Positions 20,472-30,464 are shown, numbered from the whole stretch's first letter. The stretch: DNA of 60,939 nt, filler included, from 9 parts of 9 records of this genome joined end to end with filler, not necessarily neighbours in it, one strand, 5' to 3'. Numbers and translations: made by a program. Notes: generated by a model from the sequence alone, not told the origin.

Positions 20472-21170
20472 ATGGACAGTGATGCTTTTGATCTGAAACG
20501 GTCACTCTTCTCATTCGCCGGGGGGACGGTCGATAAGATCGGCGTGGCTACGGTTTCTTCCTTCGACGGATGTCCCGCGGGAATGCATCCCCGGGACCTG
20601 CTTCCCTCCTGTCGTTCGGTGATCAGCTTCTGCGTCAAACATCTGGATATCTTCGCCGCCAGCCGGAACAAGGACTGTCAGGCCTATTCCCAGGATCTGA
20701 GCAAGCACATGATGATGCACGCCGCCTATGGGCTCAGCCGCTTTATGGAGAGGGAAGGGTACAGGGCCTTCCCGGTAACCGGCTCCTACCGTCTCTATCC
20801 CGGAAAAGGGGATCATGAAGGGAGAATCTCCCTGCGCCATGCGGCGCAGCAGGCTGGGCTGGGACATATCTCAAGGATCGGAATCCTGCTCACCTCGGAA
20901 TACGGACCCAGGATTCAGCTGGGAGCGATCCTGACGGACGCGGCCCTTCCTCCCTGCAGCCCCTTGAAGGAAGACCCCTGCATAGGCTGCGATCTGTGCA
21001 TCAGGAAGTGTCCCTCCGGTGCTATCAGGATTCCCGACGAGGGGCGATGTTATGAGCCGGTGGATTCCGGGCTCTGCCTGGGATACAGAAGGGTACAGGG
21101 AGGATCTTCCCCTCTGGGTTACAGGGACCAATGCGGTCTGTGTCGGGCCGTCTGTCCGGTGGGACGATAG
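20472..21170 (+). CDS. QueG-like (epoxyqueuosine reductase / reductive dehalogenase superfamily) Fe-S protein
   Basis: SLRHAAQQAGLG, YGPRIQLGAILTD, CIGCDLCIRKCP and CGLCRAVCP motifs. Confidence 0.8.
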   Translation: MDSDAFDLKRSLFSFAGGTVDKIGVATVSSFDGCPAGMHPRDLLPSCRSVISFCVKHLDIFAASRNKDCQAYSQDLSKHMMMHAAYGLSRFMEREGYRAFPVTGSYRLYPGKGDHEGRISLRHAAQQAGLGHISRIGILLTSEYGPRIQLGAILTDAALPPCSPLKEDPCIGCDLCIRKCPSGAIRIPDEGRCYEPVDSGLCLGYRRVQGGSSPLGYRDQCGLCRAVCPVGR

Positions 21171-21245
21171 ATTCAAGTAGGAGGACGGTATTAGTTTGTC
21201 CTTGGGCTCGGTCTTATCGGATGTGCCCAAGGACAAGCTGCTGGC

Positions 21246-22346
21246 CTAACTGCGGATCAGTTCCACCATCCGGCGATAATCGGCCAGGCTCATGTCGGGG
21301 GGGATGGAGTGATCCGTATGGCAGATCCATCCTCCGTCGGTGAACATCTCCTTTCTGGTCTTAAGGGCCTCCTCCAGGGGAGCCCAGTCCTTACCCAGAA
21401 GATGGGCGTCGATGTTTCCGTAGAAGGCCAGTCGTCCCCTGTAGCGTTCGGCCATCTCCCTTATATCCAGCCCGGCCGTCACCTGGAGGGGATTCATGAC
21501 CCTGATACCGCAGTCTATCAGGTCTTCATAAAGAAGTTCGGCGTTGCCGCAGCTGTGCATCCAGAAATCGATGCCTTCTGCTTCCAGGAAGTTGCCCAGC
21601 ATCCTGACGGGCGGTCCCATCACCTCCCGCCACATGTCCGGCGATATGAGGGGGCCCGTGCCGCCTCCCAGATCGTCCACCATAAGATAGCCGTCCGGCT
21701 TCATTCCCAGTTCCAGGGAGTGCTCCAGGATGCGGAGGCTCAGCTTCGTCTGGGTCCAAGCCATATCGGCCACCCAGTCGGGATCCAGGGCTATGTCCAT
21801 AAGGAGTCTTGTAAAATCCCTGTGCCGCCAGCTCGCTTCCCAGGGGCCGTAGTTCTTGAATAGAATGTATTTTTCCAGCTCGCGATACTTTTCGAACAGT
21901 CCTTTGCACTCTTCCCAGGTGGGGTAGGGAGCGAAGTGTTCGAAGTAGTTTGAGTCGTCGATACGGGAGGATTCGTCGGGATCGAAGCGGAAGCGCGGTT
22001 TCACCTCCCTCTCCCATCTGTCCCTGTCTTCCGTTACCGTCGAGAGATAGTGAATGGAGCCGGACTTCATCCAGGGCTTCTCCGCCGTATAACCGAAGCG
22101 GTCTTCGTAGATGTAATTCTCACCTTTGCGTTCCAGGATCTTCTGTTCATATCGGGGAGAGGAGTCCAGGTACATAACGGCGATATCGAAGTCGAAGTAC
22201 TCGCCGATATTCCTTTCGTCTGTTTCGGCGGGGAGTCCCTGGTCCTTCCAAGTGCTAATGGTATCGGTCCAGAAATCTTCATGTACGGGGATGCGGTCGG
22301 GGGGAAGCCAATTAAGGGCGGCTTTGACCCTTTCTTTCGAATTCAT
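21246..22346 (-). CDS. Uroporphyrinogen decarboxylase-family / MtaA-like TIM barrel protein
   Basis: MNSKERV...PDRIP N-terminus, DDLG, MHSCGN, FYGNID, DHSIP motifs. Confidence 0.85.
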   Translation of the reverse strand: MNSKERVKAALNWLPPDRIPVHEDFWTDTISTWKDQGLPAETDERNIGEYFDFDIAVMYLDSSPRYEQKILERKGENYIYEDRFGYTAEKPWMKSGSIHYLSTVTEDRDRWEREVKPRFRFDPDESSRIDDSNYFEHFAPYPTWEECKGLFEKYRELEKYILFKNYGPWEASWRHRDFTRLLMDIALDPDWVADMAWTQTKLSLRILEHSLELGMKPDGYLMVDDLGGGTGPLISPDMWREVMGPPVRMLGNFLEAEGIDFWMHSCGNAELLYEDLIDCGIRVMNPLQVTAGLDIREMAERYRGRLAFYGNIDAHLLGKDWAPLEEALKTRKEMFTDGGWICHTDHSIPPDMSLADYRRMVELIRS

Positions 22347-22433
22347 TTCAGGAAATCTCCTTTATCCGGCCGGTGTTTAATCCCTGTTCTTTGAGGGGAA
22401 TCGTAACCGGCATAGTATAAGGAGATTCTATTT

Positions 22434-22445
22434 CATGTATACAAG
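22434..22445. promoter_or_regulatory. Putative GntR operator, copy 1
   Basis: CATGTATACAAG upstream of the UroD-like gene; near-identical to 23606-23617. Confidence 0.65.
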
Positions 22446-22493
22446 ATTTGTAAATAATCTCAGCAAGCTTTTTAGGTCTTTTTGTCGATTGTC

Positions 22494-23108
22494 TTATTCA
22501 TTCCGAATGCGATCGATCTTCCCCTGAAGATGGCTTTCCATATAGGAGCCGCCCTCGGTATTCCTGGCCATAAGAAGCTCTACGATCCTGCTGTGTTCCT
22601 TCTGTGTTCTCTGTCCCGACTCATGGTCCATCATCTGATAGAACATATGGCTTGAACGGAGATTAAGACGCTCGAAAAAGGTCCTGAGCGTCTCGTTTCC
22701 CGAGATCACAATCAGATGATGGTGAAAATCGTAGTGGAGCTGGGCGAAGCGCATCATATCGATGGGTTCCTTCTCCACAAGCTTGTCCATTTCCCTGTTC
22801 AGGGTTTCCAGCCTGCGGACCTCCCTGTCGCCGGCGTTCCGGCAGGCCAGATTGAACGCCAGCCTTTCCAGGGATGCTCTGACCTGAGTCGTCTCTATGA
22901 GGTCTTTGCTCGTTTCGGTCTTAACATAGGTTCCCGACTTGGGTTTGATCACCACCAGGCCGTCCAGCTCCAAACGCTTGAGAACATCTCTGATCGGGGT
23001 ACGGGAGCAGTTGAACTCTTCTGCCAGTTTGATTTCTGATATTTTCTGCCCCTGAGAGAGGGTCTCGTTCAATATTCTGGTTCTCAGAATCTGATAGATA
23101 TCGGACAT
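22494..23108 (-). CDS. GntR family (FadR/FCD) regulator
   Basis: LAEEFNCSRTPIRDVL winged HTH; FHHHL...SGN FCD motif. Confidence 0.92.
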   Translation of the reverse strand: MSDIYQILRTRILNETLSQGQKISEIKLAEEFNCSRTPIRDVLKRLELDGLVVIKPKSGTYVKTETSKDLIETTQVRASLERLAFNLACRNAGDREVRRLETLNREMDKLVEKEPIDMMRFAQLHYDFHHHLIVISGNETLRTFFERLNLRSSHMFYQMMDHESGQRTQKEHSRIVELLMARNTEGGSYMESHLQGKIDRIRNE

Positions 23109-23120
23109 GCTGATCTTCCT

Positions 23121-23588
23121 TTAGCTTAATGAATCCATTCTGACCTTAATCACAATCTTGTCAACCTTTTCCGATCCTACGGTACGGAGCTTGGGAGCGT
23201 GAAGTTCTCCGGGAAGAAAGAGAGCGAATACACCCGGTTCGAGAAGGATATCGCATCCCGGATTCAGTGCGTAGAGCCGGCAGTCCCCTGCTTTGTCATA
23301 AGGGCCCATGGCTTCCGGATACCCGTAGGGCAAAGCCCGGATAAACTCCCGTCCTTTCCGTAGGATCTGTATATCAGCATAATTCCTGTGCGTTTCGTAG
23401 CAGCCCTCTTCCTCTGCTATGGTCTGATAGCTGAAGTTCATTATAAACAGATCGTCGCCGTCGATCTCGTTTCTTCCCGCTCTCAAATCCATGGTTTCCA
23501 GATCGGCCGCCAATGCCAGGGCCTTGTTCAACAGGGGATGATTCCCCCTGTACTGTTCTGTATTCTCAATCCTGTCGCAGATCATCAT
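23121..23588 (-). CDS. YhcH/YjgK/YiaL family protein
   Basis: ETHRNYADIQ, FLPGELHAP and KIVIKV motifs. Confidence 0.9.
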   Translation of the reverse strand: MMICDRIENTEQYRGNHPLLNKALALAADLETMDLRAGRNEIDGDDLFIMNFSYQTIAEEEGCYETHRNYADIQILRKGREFIRALPYGYPEAMGPYDKAGDCRLYALNPGCDILLEPGVFALFLPGELHAPKLRTVGSEKVDKIVIKVRMDSLS

Positions 23589-23605
23589 CCCTCTCCGTTT
23601 TCTTA

Positions 23606-23617
23606 CATGTATACATG
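23606..23617. promoter_or_regulatory. Putative GntR operator, copy 2
   Basis: Perfect palindrome CATGTATACATG just upstream of yhcH-gntR. Confidence 0.7.
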
Positions 23618-23696
23618 ATTTTATTTTCTATCCTCTTCTTTGTCGAGGTTTAAGTCTGAAGAAAATGGGATTTGAAGACTGAGGGATATGATATTC

Positions 23697-24371
23697 TTAA
23701 TGTTTAAAGATCATCAGGCCGCCGGCGGCGCACATCAGCGAGCCCGAGCCCCGGTTCAACAGCCGGAGCCCCCGGGGGCTCCGGGCCATCCTTCCAGCGC
23801 GGACGGCCAGGGCCGCATAGCCCGCCAGAACAAGGCCGAGGACGGCGCAGACGATCAGGGCCGCCTGGAGGATCCCCGCCGGGGTCAGGCTTCTCAGATC
23901 CATAAAGGCCGGAAGGAAGCTGCAGTAGAAGAGGATGACTTTGGGATTGGACAGGGTGATGACCAGCCCTTCCAAATAGCAGGCCGCAGCGGATCTTTTC
24001 TCCCCATCCTGGCAGACGGCGGGCCTGCGGGAGTCCCCCGCTTCCCTTTTCCTCTCCCCCGTACCACCGTCCCCATCCTCCCTTGCGGGAGCGCTGAGAA
24101 AGGCTCTGACGCCCAGGAAGATAAGATAGAGCCCTCCCGCAATGCGGAGGACCGTAAAAAGGCCGTTCACATTCCGGGCCAGCCAGGTCAGGCCGTTCAG
24201 GGCGAAGCCCAGGTAGATAAGATCGCCCGTGACGATGCCGGCGATCAGGACAAGGGCCTTTCGGAAGCCCGAGTTCAGAGAGCGACCCAGGACGGCGAAC
24301 ACCCCCGGTCCCGGCGTGACCGCCAGCAGGATCATGGCTCCGGCAAAACTCAGCATGGACAGCATGGTCAT
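23697..24371 (-). CDS. LysE/RhtB family exporter
   Basis: TPGPG, GGLYLIFLG and TLSNPKVILFY motifs. Confidence 0.9.
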   Translation of the reverse strand: MTMLSMLSFAGAMILLAVTPGPGVFAVLGRSLNSGFRKALVLIAGIVTGDLIYLGFALNGLTWLARNVNGLFTVLRIAGGLYLIFLGVRAFLSAPAREDGDGGTGERKREAGDSRRPAVCQDGEKRSAAACYLEGLVITLSNPKVILFYCSFLPAFMDLRSLTPAGILQAALIVCAVLGLVLAGYAALAVRAGRMARSPRGLRLLNRGSGSLMCAAGGLMIFKH

Positions 24372-24446
24372 GGATGAACTCCTTTTCCCGATGCTATCAC
24401 GATATTTGCCAGCCTGTTAATCTCCCCTCATCTCCGTATCCTGCTA

Positions 24447-24500
24447 TTGACCACATCGGTCATTCTCTATATTTTGATGAGGAAATGACCAATGTGGTCA
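24447..24500 (+). promoter_or_regulatory. Twin TetR-type operators overlapping a sigma70-like promoter
   Basis: TGACCACATCGGTCA (24448-24462) and TGACCAATGTGGTCA (24486-24500); TTGACC-N17-TATTTT. Confidence 0.75.
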
Positions 24501-24534
24501 TATCTTAGAGATAGCTAAGAAGCGAGGGACAGTC

Positions 24535-25140
24535 TTGAACGATCAGTTTACAGGTCTCCCCCCGGAAAAACGGGAGCGAATCATCAACGCCGCCCTGAAG
24601 GAGTTCGCTTCGGGAGGATACGATAAAGCCTCTACCAACGTCATCTGCCGGAACGCTGAGATATCCAAGGGATCGCTTTTTCTGTATTTCGGCAATAAGA
24701 AGAATCTGTTTCTGCAGCTCTTCGAATACTGCGAGGCCCAGATCGCCCGGGAGGCGGACAGGGGCGTCGATCCGGCCTGCAGGGATCTTCTGGAGCGCTA
24801 CCGGCAGATGCATCTTTCCTTTGCGGGGCTGCTGAAGCGCTTTCCCATACTGATCGATTTCGTGATGGCCGCCAAGCGGGATGAGAGCTCCGAGATAGCG
24901 GAAGAGATAGCAAAGATAAAACAGGCCGGAACGGAGGCGCTGGGTATCGTCCTTATGAAGGACGCCGACATGACTCTGTTACGGGAAGACCTGGACAGGG
25001 GTACGGCGGTCTTTGTGATCAACTCGGCCCTCCATATGAAGCTGAGCGCCTACATCCACGGGGAAATGACGGATGAAGAGCTCCTTTCCGAGAGCGTTGG
25101 GCTTCTGGATTTCTTCAGGATCGCATTCTATCGCTCCTGA
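24535..25140 (+). CDS. TetR/AcrR family regulator
   Basis: IINAALKEFASGGYDKASTNVICRNAEISKGSLFLYFGNK HTH. Confidence 0.92.
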   Translation: MNDQFTGLPPEKRERIINAALKEFASGGYDKASTNVICRNAEISKGSLFLYFGNKKNLFLQLFEYCEAQIAREADRGVDPACRDLLERYRQMHLSFAGLLKRFPILIDFVMAAKRDESSEIAEEIAKIKQAGTEALGIVLMKDADMTLLREDLDRGTAVFVINSALHMKLSAYIHGEMTDEELLSESVGLLDFFRIAFYRS

Positions 25141-25175
25141 CCCCCTGTTGTTGAAGAAGGGATAACGATTACAAT

Positions 25176-26237
25176 ATGAGTGACATGATGAAAGAAAGAA
25201 CAGAAGGGATAAAGGAAACCCTTCCCGACGGGATTTCGCTGGAGATCCGGAAAGATGGGGAGCTGGTATTCCATAGCCGCGGGAAGTGGCTCTATCCCCT
25301 CTTCGAAGTGGAGGAGTTTCTGGACCGGAGCGGCTTGAAGGCCGGAGAGTTGAAACTGCACGACCGGATCGCCGGCCGGGCCGCGGCCTCTCTGATCTGC
25401 CGGATGGGATTCGGTCGCTGCCGGATCGATACCATAAGCGAGCACGCCCTCGCGGTCTTCGAGGGGGAAGGCGTTCTCTGCGCCTATGACACCCTGGTTG
25501 AGAAGATCCTCTGCAAGACGGAGGATATCATCAGTTCCGACATGGATCTGGATGAGGTCTACGCCCTGCTGAAGAGACGGGCCGGTCTCATACAAGGCGT
25601 GGATCTGGATATAAAGAATCTGAAGGCGGGCTACGAGGGGAAAACGGTTCTGAACGGACTGGATCTGAATATGAAGGCCGGTGAGCTTCTGGTCGTCACC
25701 GGGGACAACGGCGCCGGGAAGTCCACCCTGATGAAAAGCATCGTGGGGATCCTTCCCGTTCAGTCGGGAGAGATCCGTCTGGGCGAGGCCGGCAGGAACG
25801 GGAACGGAGGCTCCTCTGGCATCGCCTATGTGAATCAGGCTCCCCGGGACAGCGGATTCCCCGTCAGCGCCCGGGAGATCGTGGAGATCGGCTGCGTGGG
25901 CCGCAAGCTCGGCTCTGCCGTACGGAAGCATGAGGTGGAGATCGCCATGAGGCGGACGGGCTGCTTCGCCCTGCGGGACAGGAACTTCCATACCCTTTCG
26001 GGAGGAGAAAAGCAGAGGGTCTCCCTGGCGCGCTGCCTCTGTCAGAAAGCGGGGCTGATCCTGCTGGATGAGCCGACCTCCTTTCTGGACGCCGATTCGA
26101 AGGAAGAGTTTCTGGATCTGCTGGATATGATCGCGAAAAACCATCTTCCCACCATGATTCTGGTCTCCCATGACCATGAATGGATCTCCCGCCTCGGCTG
26201 GCCCGTCAGAGAGCTGAGGGAGGGGAGGCTATGCTAG
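25176..26237 (+). CDS. DUF1893 (TM1506-like) domain fused to a metal-type ABC ATPase
   Basis: N-terminal ~135 aa with LHDRIAGRAAA...ISEHAL...YDTLVEKILCKTE; then GDNGAGKST, LSGGEKQR, LLDEPT, VSHD. Confidence 0.75.
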   Translation: MSDMMKERTEGIKETLPDGISLEIRKDGELVFHSRGKWLYPLFEVEEFLDRSGLKAGELKLHDRIAGRAAASLICRMGFGRCRIDTISEHALAVFEGEGVLCAYDTLVEKILCKTEDIISSDMDLDEVYALLKRRAGLIQGVDLDIKNLKAGYEGKTVLNGLDLNMKAGELLVVTGDNGAGKSTLMKSIVGILPVQSGEIRLGEAGRNGNGGSSGIAYVNQAPRDSGFPVSAREIVEIGCVGRKLGSAVRKHEVEIAMRRTGCFALRDRNFHTLSGGEKQRVSLARCLCQKAGLILLDEPTSFLDADSKEEFLDLLDMIAKNHLPTMILVSHDHEWISRLGWPVRELREGRLC

Positions 26238-27037
26238 AGCTGCTCTCCTACCCCCCCATACTGCGCGGGCTGGTGCTGATCCTTATCTCAGGATTCACAC
26301 TCCCTTTGAGCGGGGTGTTCATCCTGAGGATGAACCTTCTGCCCATACGCTATCTATTGATGCACGGCGTTCTTCTGGGAGGGGCGCTCGCCCTGGCCTT
26401 CGGCTGGGATCCCTCTCTTCTCTCCCTGGGGGTGAACCTTCTGATCGTCCTGGTGCTGAACCGGACGAGCCGATCTTTGGGCGCCGACTACGGGCAGATG
26501 ACCATGTTCTTTATGGTGGCCGTGGTGGCCGCCGCTTCGGTGATCATGACGATCTTCAGGGTTCCCGCAAAGGACACTCTGACCCTGCTCTGGGGAAGCC
26601 TCTACACCGGTACGGTCCGCTCCATACTGGCCGCGTCGGCTCTGGGCATCGGGCTGATCCTTTTTTCCGCGATCAACTTCCGCCGCCTGACCGCCGTCTT
26701 CCACGACAGGGAGATCGCCCGGTCCGTGGGCATCCGTCCGGACAGGCTTGAGTTCGTCATCATCCTGATCATCGCCCTGGCGGTGGCCATGGCCATGCGG
26801 CTGATGGGCGCCCTGCTGCTGGACGCCCTGATCCTGCTGCCCGCCATTATCGCCGGGTTCCTCTCCACGGGACTGAGACGGACCATGATCCTCTCCTGTC
26901 TTCTGGGGGGTGTCTTTTCCCTGACCGGATTCGGAGCCTCCCTTGTTCTGGATATCCCCGTAAGCGCCGGTGTGGCTCTGCCCGCCGTTATAGCATTTCT
27001 AATTATCATTCTAATTCGCAGGAGCATTAAACAGTGA
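26231..27037 (+). CDS. ABC-3 (ZnuB-like) metal permease
   Basis: Hydrophobic; MHGVLLG and MGALLLDALILLPA motifs; start MLELLS behind GGAGG. Confidence 0.8.
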   Translation: MLELLSYPPILRGLVLILISGFTLPLSGVFILRMNLLPIRYLLMHGVLLGGALALAFGWDPSLLSLGVNLLIVLVLNRTSRSLGADYGQMTMFFMVAVVAAASVIMTIFRVPAKDTLTLLWGSLYTGTVRSILAASALGIGLILFSAINFRRLTAVFHDREIARSVGIRPDRLEFVIILIIALAVAMAMRLMGALLLDALILLPAIIAGFLSTGLRRTMILSCLLGGVFSLTGFGASLVLDIPVSAGVALPAVIAFLIIILIRRSIKQ

Positions 27038-27783
27038 AAAAGTTGTCGATTGGGTTTCTTATCCTTCTTGCCGCGTCCCCCCTGTGGGCGCAGAGCGTCC
27101 TGGCCACCAACGCCTGGACCGCCGCCTTTGCCAGCGCCGCCGGCGCCGGGAGCGTCTCCCAGCTGGCCCCTTCCGAGATGAGCCATCCCCCCGAGTACGA
27201 GCTCCGTCCCTCGGACGTAAGGAAGGTCCGGGATGCGGATGTCCTCGTCTTCGCCGGCTATGAGGTCCTTATGAAGACCGTTATGAGCGAGCTCGGAGCG
27301 GCTGAGGAGAAGATGGTGAAGATCATGACCAGCTATCATCCGGCAGCCATGGAGAGGTCATTGAACGCCATCGCCGCAAAGGCGGGAGATCCCGCTGCGG
27401 CAGCCGCCTATATGACGGATTACAGGGCGGCTCTGGAGTCTATTCGGGACAGACTGAAATCCGAGGGCCTTTTCGGAGCTGAGATCCTGGTCCACTTTCA
27501 CCAGAAACCCCTTGCCGAGGCCCTGGGATTCAATATCCTCGGCGTCTTCGGACCCGCTCCCCTGAAGGCCTCTGATCTTGGGAAGTTCGGCGGAATGGCG
27601 CCGAAGCTTATCCTGGATAACTGCCACAATCCCCTGGCCGCTCCCCTGGCAGAGCTGAGCGGAGCCCCCGTGGTGGAGCTCGCCAACTTTCCCGGCGGCA
27701 CCGATGGAGACGGGAAGCGTATCCCCTCGGATCTGAAGGGCGTCGCCCTGTATAACGGGGAGCGGATCCTGGATCTGAAATAG
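27034..27783 (+). CDS. Divergent ZnuA/TroA-like substrate-binding protein
   Basis: Signal peptide ending LWA; HPPEYELRPSDV...ADVLVFAG resembles the cluster A-I N-terminal motif. Confidence 0.65.
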   Translation: MKKLSIGFLILLAASPLWAQSVLATNAWTAAFASAAGAGSVSQLAPSEMSHPPEYELRPSDVRKVRDADVLVFAGYEVLMKTVMSELGAAEEKMVKIMTSYHPAAMERSLNAIAAKAGDPAAAAAYMTDYRAALESIRDRLKSEGLFGAEILVHFHQKPLAEALGFNILGVFGPAPLKASDLGKFGGMAPKLILDNCHNPLAAPLAELSGAPVVELANFPGGTDGDGKRIPSDLKGVALYNGERILDLK

Positions 27784-27827
27784 GCCTCGCCTCCCGTCTT
27801 TCACCACTAAGGGAGAGTCGTCCCTGA

Positions 27828-27856
27828 ACCCCGTCCGACAGGACGGGGTGTTTTTT
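27828..27856 (+). terminator. Intrinsic terminator
   Basis: ACCCCGTCC-gaca-GGACGGGGT followed by a T-tract. Confidence 0.8.
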
Positions 27857-27972
27857 ACCCCGAATGTTTCTATAAATAGAATTTCTCAAGAAAAAGCTTG
27901 ATTCTATATGTAGAAACGGTTACAATCAGTCTCATTAACTCTAAACATCCAGAAGAAGGACGGATAAAACGT

Positions 27973-29181
27973 ATGGGATACTTTAAAGCCAACCCTGATG
28001 CCAAAGGTAATTTCGGAGAGTACGGCGGATCATTCATTCCCCCCAATCTGCAGGAGGAGATGGACAAGATCACGGACGCCTATTTCTCTATCAGCAAGTC
28101 ACATGACTTTATCACGGAGCTGCGTTCCATCAGGAAGCACTTCCAGGGACGTCCCACCCCTGTCTACTATGCCAAGACCCTGAGCGAAAAGTACGGGGGA
28201 CGGATCTACCTGAAACGGGAGGACCTGAACCATACGGGCGCCCATAAGCTCAACCATTGTATGGGAGAGGCCCTGCTGGCCAAGTATCTGGGCAAGAAGA
28301 AACTGATCGCCGAGACCGGCGCGGGACAGCACGGCGTGGCTTTGGCCACCGCTGCCGCCTACTTCGGACTGGAGTGCGAGATCCATATGGGCGAGGTGGA
28401 CATCGCCAAGGAGCATCCCAATGTGGTGCGGATGAAGATCCTGGGAGCCGATGTGGTTCCCGTTACCCACGGTCTGAAGACACTGAAGGAAGCGGTGGAC
28501 TCGGCATTCGAAGCCTACCTCGGCGATCCTGTGAACAGCATCTACTGCATCGGCTCTGTGGTGGGGCCCCATCCCTTTCCCATGATGGTAAGAGACTTCC
28601 AGAGGGTCGTGGGCATCGAGGCCAAGGAACAGTACTTCGATATGACCGGCGAGCAGCCGGACAACGTGGTCGCCTGCGTGGGCGGCGGTTCCAACGCCAT
28701 GGGCATCTTCTCCGCCTTCATCGAGGACGAGGAGTGTGATATTTACGGCGTAGAGCCCTCGGGAAAATCCCTGAATCTGGGCGAGCACGCGGCTACCATG
28801 ACCAAGGGCGTTCCCGGCATGATCCATGGGTTCAAATGCTACAACCTGCAGGATGAGAAGGGCGAGCCCGCTCCCGTCTATTCCATCGCCAGTGGCCTGG
28901 ACTATCCCGGCGTCGGTCCCGAGCATTCCATGCTCAAGGATCTGGGACGGGTCAACTACGTGACCGCCGGCGATAAGGACTGTCTGGACTCCTTCTTCGA
29001 GCTGAGCAAGCTGGAGGGAATCATCCCCGCCCTGGAGAGCGCCCATGCGGTGGCCTACGCCTGCAAGCTGGCCCAGGAGAAGCCCCGCCAGTCCATCCTG
29101 GTCAATCTCAGCGGAAGAGGCGACAAGGACATCGACTTCGTCGTGGACAACTACGGCAAGGACTACGGTGTGGAAGTCTGA
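27973..29181 (+). CDS. trpB: Tryptophan synthase beta subunit
   Basis: [47 protein letters not shown]; start MGYFK. Confidence 0.95.
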   Translation: MGYFKANPDAKGNFGEYGGSFIPPNLQEEMDKITDAYFSISKSHDFITELRSIRKHFQGRPTPVYYAKTLSEKYGGRIYLKREDLNHTGAHKLNHCMGEALLAKYLGKKKLIAETGAGQHGVALATAAAYFGLECEIHMGEVDIAKEHPNVVRMKILGADVVPVTHGLKTLKEAVDSAFEAYLGDPVNSIYCIGSVVGPHPFPMMVRDFQRVVGIEAKEQYFDMTGEQPDNVVACVGGGSNAMGIFSAFIEDEECDIYGVEPSGKSLNLGEHAATMTKGVPGMIHGFKCYNLQDEKGEPAPVYSIASGLDYPGVGPEHSMLKDLGRVNYVTAGDKDCLDSFFELSKLEGIIPALESAHAVAYACKLAQEKPRQSILVNLSGRGDKDIDFVVDNYGKDYGVEV

Positions 29182-29560
29182 TCGCAGGCAATACTTGAAC
29201 TCTCTCTGGGATGATGAGCCCGTAACAGGGTTCGTTTCCCAGCCATGTAACAGGGGGTAAATGATATGTCGAAATTATCCTATCTGATCGAAGGAGAACA
29301 GAAGGACGAATTATAACCTAAAATCCCAGAGCCCATCCGAGCCGGGGATTCTCTGTTCTGTCATTTTCTCAAATTATTGTTGTGGATTTTTACCGCTTCA
29401 TTTTGGAAATCGGGCTGATATAGCCCGATTTTCATACATCTTTAATCCGGCAAAATCTGCGATCGTAATTTGGGAAGGGACATGTATGTGAGGCAAATCA
29501 CTCTTATCCAATCGTTTCAAATGCTCCCCAAAGGGCAGGTTCTTGCCGCTGTCGTAGCGG

Positions 29561-29660
29561 NNNNNNNNNNNNNNNNNNNNNNNNNNNNNNNNNNNNNNNN
29601 NNNNTTAATTAATTAANNNNNNNNNNNNNNNNNNNNNNNNNNNNNNNNNNNNNNNNNNNN
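29561..29660. other. Artificial contig spacer
   Basis: N44-TTAATTAATTAA-N44. Confidence 0.99.
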
Positions 29661-30249
29661 AGGTGGTCACCATGGTCCGGGGCCGCTCGACGTCGCCGAG
29701 CCAGAGCATCGCGCGCAGGATCGGGGCCAGTCCCTTGGCGGTGGCGATCAGCAGGTCGCGCACCAGCCGTTTGCGCGCCGCGGCCGCGAGGTAGCCCTGC
29801 CGCATCCGGATCAAGGTCGCCTTCAATTCGCGTTCGCATTGCAGGCGCACGTCGGCCTTGCCGAACTTCAGCGACTCGAACGGGTCGTTGCCCAGCACGG
29901 TCTGGTGCGTCAGTTGAAAGTCGAGAAACTCGACCCCGAAGACATCGGCCGACCGTTTGATATAGAACGTCGTCATCAGCAGCGGGGGCGACAGGTGCTG
30001 CTTGCGCATCGACTTGGCCAGTGCGGCTAGCGCGTTCAGCGCCGCGGTGTCGACCTGTTTCAGAACGAGGACCGTGTTAATGTCACTGACGCCGGGCCGG
30101 TAATCGGCCGTCAGGGCGCTGCCGACGACCGTGATGCTGCTGCGATTGTCTGCCAACCCGGTCCGGAGGTGATATTCCAACGACCGGATGGGTTCCTGAA
30201 TGGCCTGCGGCAGTGCGTTCAGTATCAGATCGCTCCGCGTTTCTGTCAT
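29661..30249 (-). CDS. Nucleotidyltransferase-fold protein (3' truncated)
   Basis: VVGSA...SDINTVLV and SADVFGVEFLD...LRLQCERE-type motifs. Confidence 0.7.
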
Positions 30250-30330
30250 GGCCTGTCTTCCTTATCGAGAGCCTTCTCATTAACCGGCCCCAGTGTACCG
30301 GATTGTGGCCTGGCTCACAACCGGCCGTAT

Positions 30331-30358
30331 GCAAGGGCGAATCATGATTCGCCCCTAC
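30331..30358 (-). repeat. GTAG-type REP-like palindrome
   Basis: Perfect 20-bp palindrome GGGCGAATCATGATTCGCCC (30335-30354); minus strand begins GTAG. Confidence 0.65.
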
Positions 30359-30464
30359 GGACACAGACGCGTAAGGTGCCAATTTGACAGCAGCCAATCT
30401 GCAGAATTGTCGCTTCAGTGTGATTGGCGTATCGCTATGGCCTGTTTTATGGGCACTTCGGTTC

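Noticed and set aside
25128-29046. Long minus-strand ORFs (349, 245 and 315 aa)
   Set aside because: Shadows of the ABC operon and trpB caused by codon bias
29396-29560. Possible minus-strand gene tail and a hairpin at about 29408-29432
   Set aside because: No recognisable motif; reading frame ambiguous
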